Below, piece after piece: positions 62,372-64,000 of a stretch of DNA of 64,000 bases. The position numbers and the translations under genes are program-made. The stretch is from positions 16,408,532-16,472,531 of the forward strand of contig CM119263.1 of NCBI GenBank assembly GCA_051294375.1, given 5' to 3'. The notes below the pieces were generated by a model. The model did not search any database and was not told where the DNA came from. It worked only from the letters and a program-made list of their open reading frames with translations. Source of the stretch: Paraspadella gotoi (taxonomy: Eukaryota > Animalia > Chaetognatha). Positions within the stretch are counted from its first letter, which is position 1. The number at the start of each line of letters is the position of its first letter.

Positions 62372-63831
62372 ATGATGAGACGAGCGAGCAGAGAAGAGAG
62401 ACAGCGTACCGATGACTAAGATACAGGGAATGGTGAGAGGGGACGACTGAGGCATGAAGTCATTCTCGAAATACAGCATAATCAGAGGACATTGGTGTCC
62501 TTGGAGTAACGGTTATGTAAGAGTAGGAAGATAACACAGAAGTGGATAAGGACGGAGATGGAGAGTTAAGAGGTAGGGAAGTGAAAAGTGTAGATAGTGA
62601 GCAGCAGAGCGCATTGCTGAGCAGTGACAGAAGATGGGACTGAAGGCTCAGGACGTATAGACGTGGCTCGCTCTGATAGTCGTGCAAAAGGTGAAGCAGT
62701 AGCGAATACATAAAAGATACATAGACAGAACATGAGATGATGATGTAGGAAGGACAGAATATATGTCGATGATATATTTGGACGAAAGCTATAAAGGGGA
62801 AAAAAAGAAAAAAGCGCAAGGAACGAAGAATATACGAATCGTTGATTGTTTAAAGAAACAAAAAACATGGAGCTGAGTTTTCCGAAAAAAATAATTCCCA
62901 ACACAAAACTATTCGAAAACCGAAAGAAAAAAAAAATATCTTGGTATTAGTAATATTCTTCAAAAAAAAAGAAAGACAAGAAAGAAAGAAAAGATACGAG
63001 GGCGAAAAGGAAAACAATGAAGCTCATTCCCAACAATCGGAACTCTGCTCGAATCTGTTTTCCCAGCGCCTCTATTAGGTTACCCTTCCGAAGGGCGAAC
63101 GGTTGAAACCGACAAAAGAACAATAGGGGGGAACTCCATCGCGAGAATGTGAAGAGGGTGGACGATGATGACGATGACGATTTGGAGTGGCGAAGAGATG
63201 AATACGGCTAAGAAGGTGCGACGTCGGTGATGAGGATGATGACGTGAGTATCACAGAAAAAGAAGAGGTGACGTTGATTGCCCAAAATGATACAAAGAGA
63301 CATTTATCATTACCATCATTTTCCTCGCATTTATTCAATTTTCGATGAAAAGGTTTTTTTTTTGGCTCAGACGAGTAGTGGAGTTAAGCCGACGTCGAGT
63401 AAAACCGAAAATCAACATCAACGAAAAAAAAAAAAAAAAGAAAAACGGAAGATGATTGAGTCCGATGTTACGACGACGACGACGAGCGACAACGACGATC
63501 GAGATGATGAAGACGACGATCGAAATGAAAGAGCGAGTTTTTGCAAGTCTTGCCCAAATTCGGGCTTCCGAAATCCTTTATAAACCTCGTTAACCGAAGG
63601 TTGGATCTTTCCCGCCGATAAACTTCGAGGTTCGATCAAAAACTAACTCCAAATCTCTCCGCGATCGACTTCACACGCTGCCTTCGTCCGTTTCAAAACG
63701 AACCAATCCAATCATCTAACCTCCCTATCCCTTCAACCCCTTCAACCCCCCCTCTCCCCCGTCCGAAGGCTTCTTTCTCCTCATCGTTCGCGATCCGGAT
63801 CGAGAGAGGAGAGAAGGAGAGAGAAGAGGAG

Positions 63832-63891
<60 letters not shown>

Positions 63892-64000
63892 AAAGAGAAA
63901 GAAAATTGTTTTTTCGATTTTTATTCTCTTTTTTGGTGATTTTGGAGCAAAACGTATCAGCGAAATAAAACAACAACAAAACTAAGACCGTTGAAAAAAA
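62001..64000 (+). repeat. Indel-rich second copy of ~52828-54680, running off the window end
   Basis: Collinear with the first copy from AACACTCAGAGTTGCCTGGCGACG to ACTAAGACCGTTGAAAAAAA; insertion-heavy at ~62400-62770. Confidence 0.9.

Overview
This is eukaryotic (metazoan-like) draft-genome sequence: AT-rich, saturated with (GA)n/(CT)n and other microsatellites, and broken by N gaps, five of them exactly 25 N. Three protein-coding genes are supportable, all on the + strand: a 21-exon DEG/ENaC ion-channel subunit (~8.65-16.64 kb), a single-ORF C2H2 zinc-finger gene (17776-19233) and a 4-exon ankyrin-repeat/SOCS-box gene (55155-57638). There are also traces of an unresolved minus-strand spliced gene near 22-25 kb. 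About 16 kb consists of indel-riddled second copies of neighbouring sequence (1.8-2.6, 27.2-39.2, 45.5-47.0 and 62-64 kb), most likely unpolished long-read or haplotype artefacts. Main observations: (1) a dispersed ~150 bp repeat carrying a circularly permuted twister-ribozyme-like motif whose P1 stem is a loop-less palindrome (AGGCCT), suggesting dimer-dependent or P1-less self-cleavage; (2) a probable non-canonical GA-AG intron in the DEG/ENaC gene; (3) non-consensus pore and gating residues in that channel; (4) a ~610 bp fold-back transposon with a target-site duplication; (5) a tRNA-headed SINE-like repeat and other small structured repeats. All calls come from manual reading; no database search was run.
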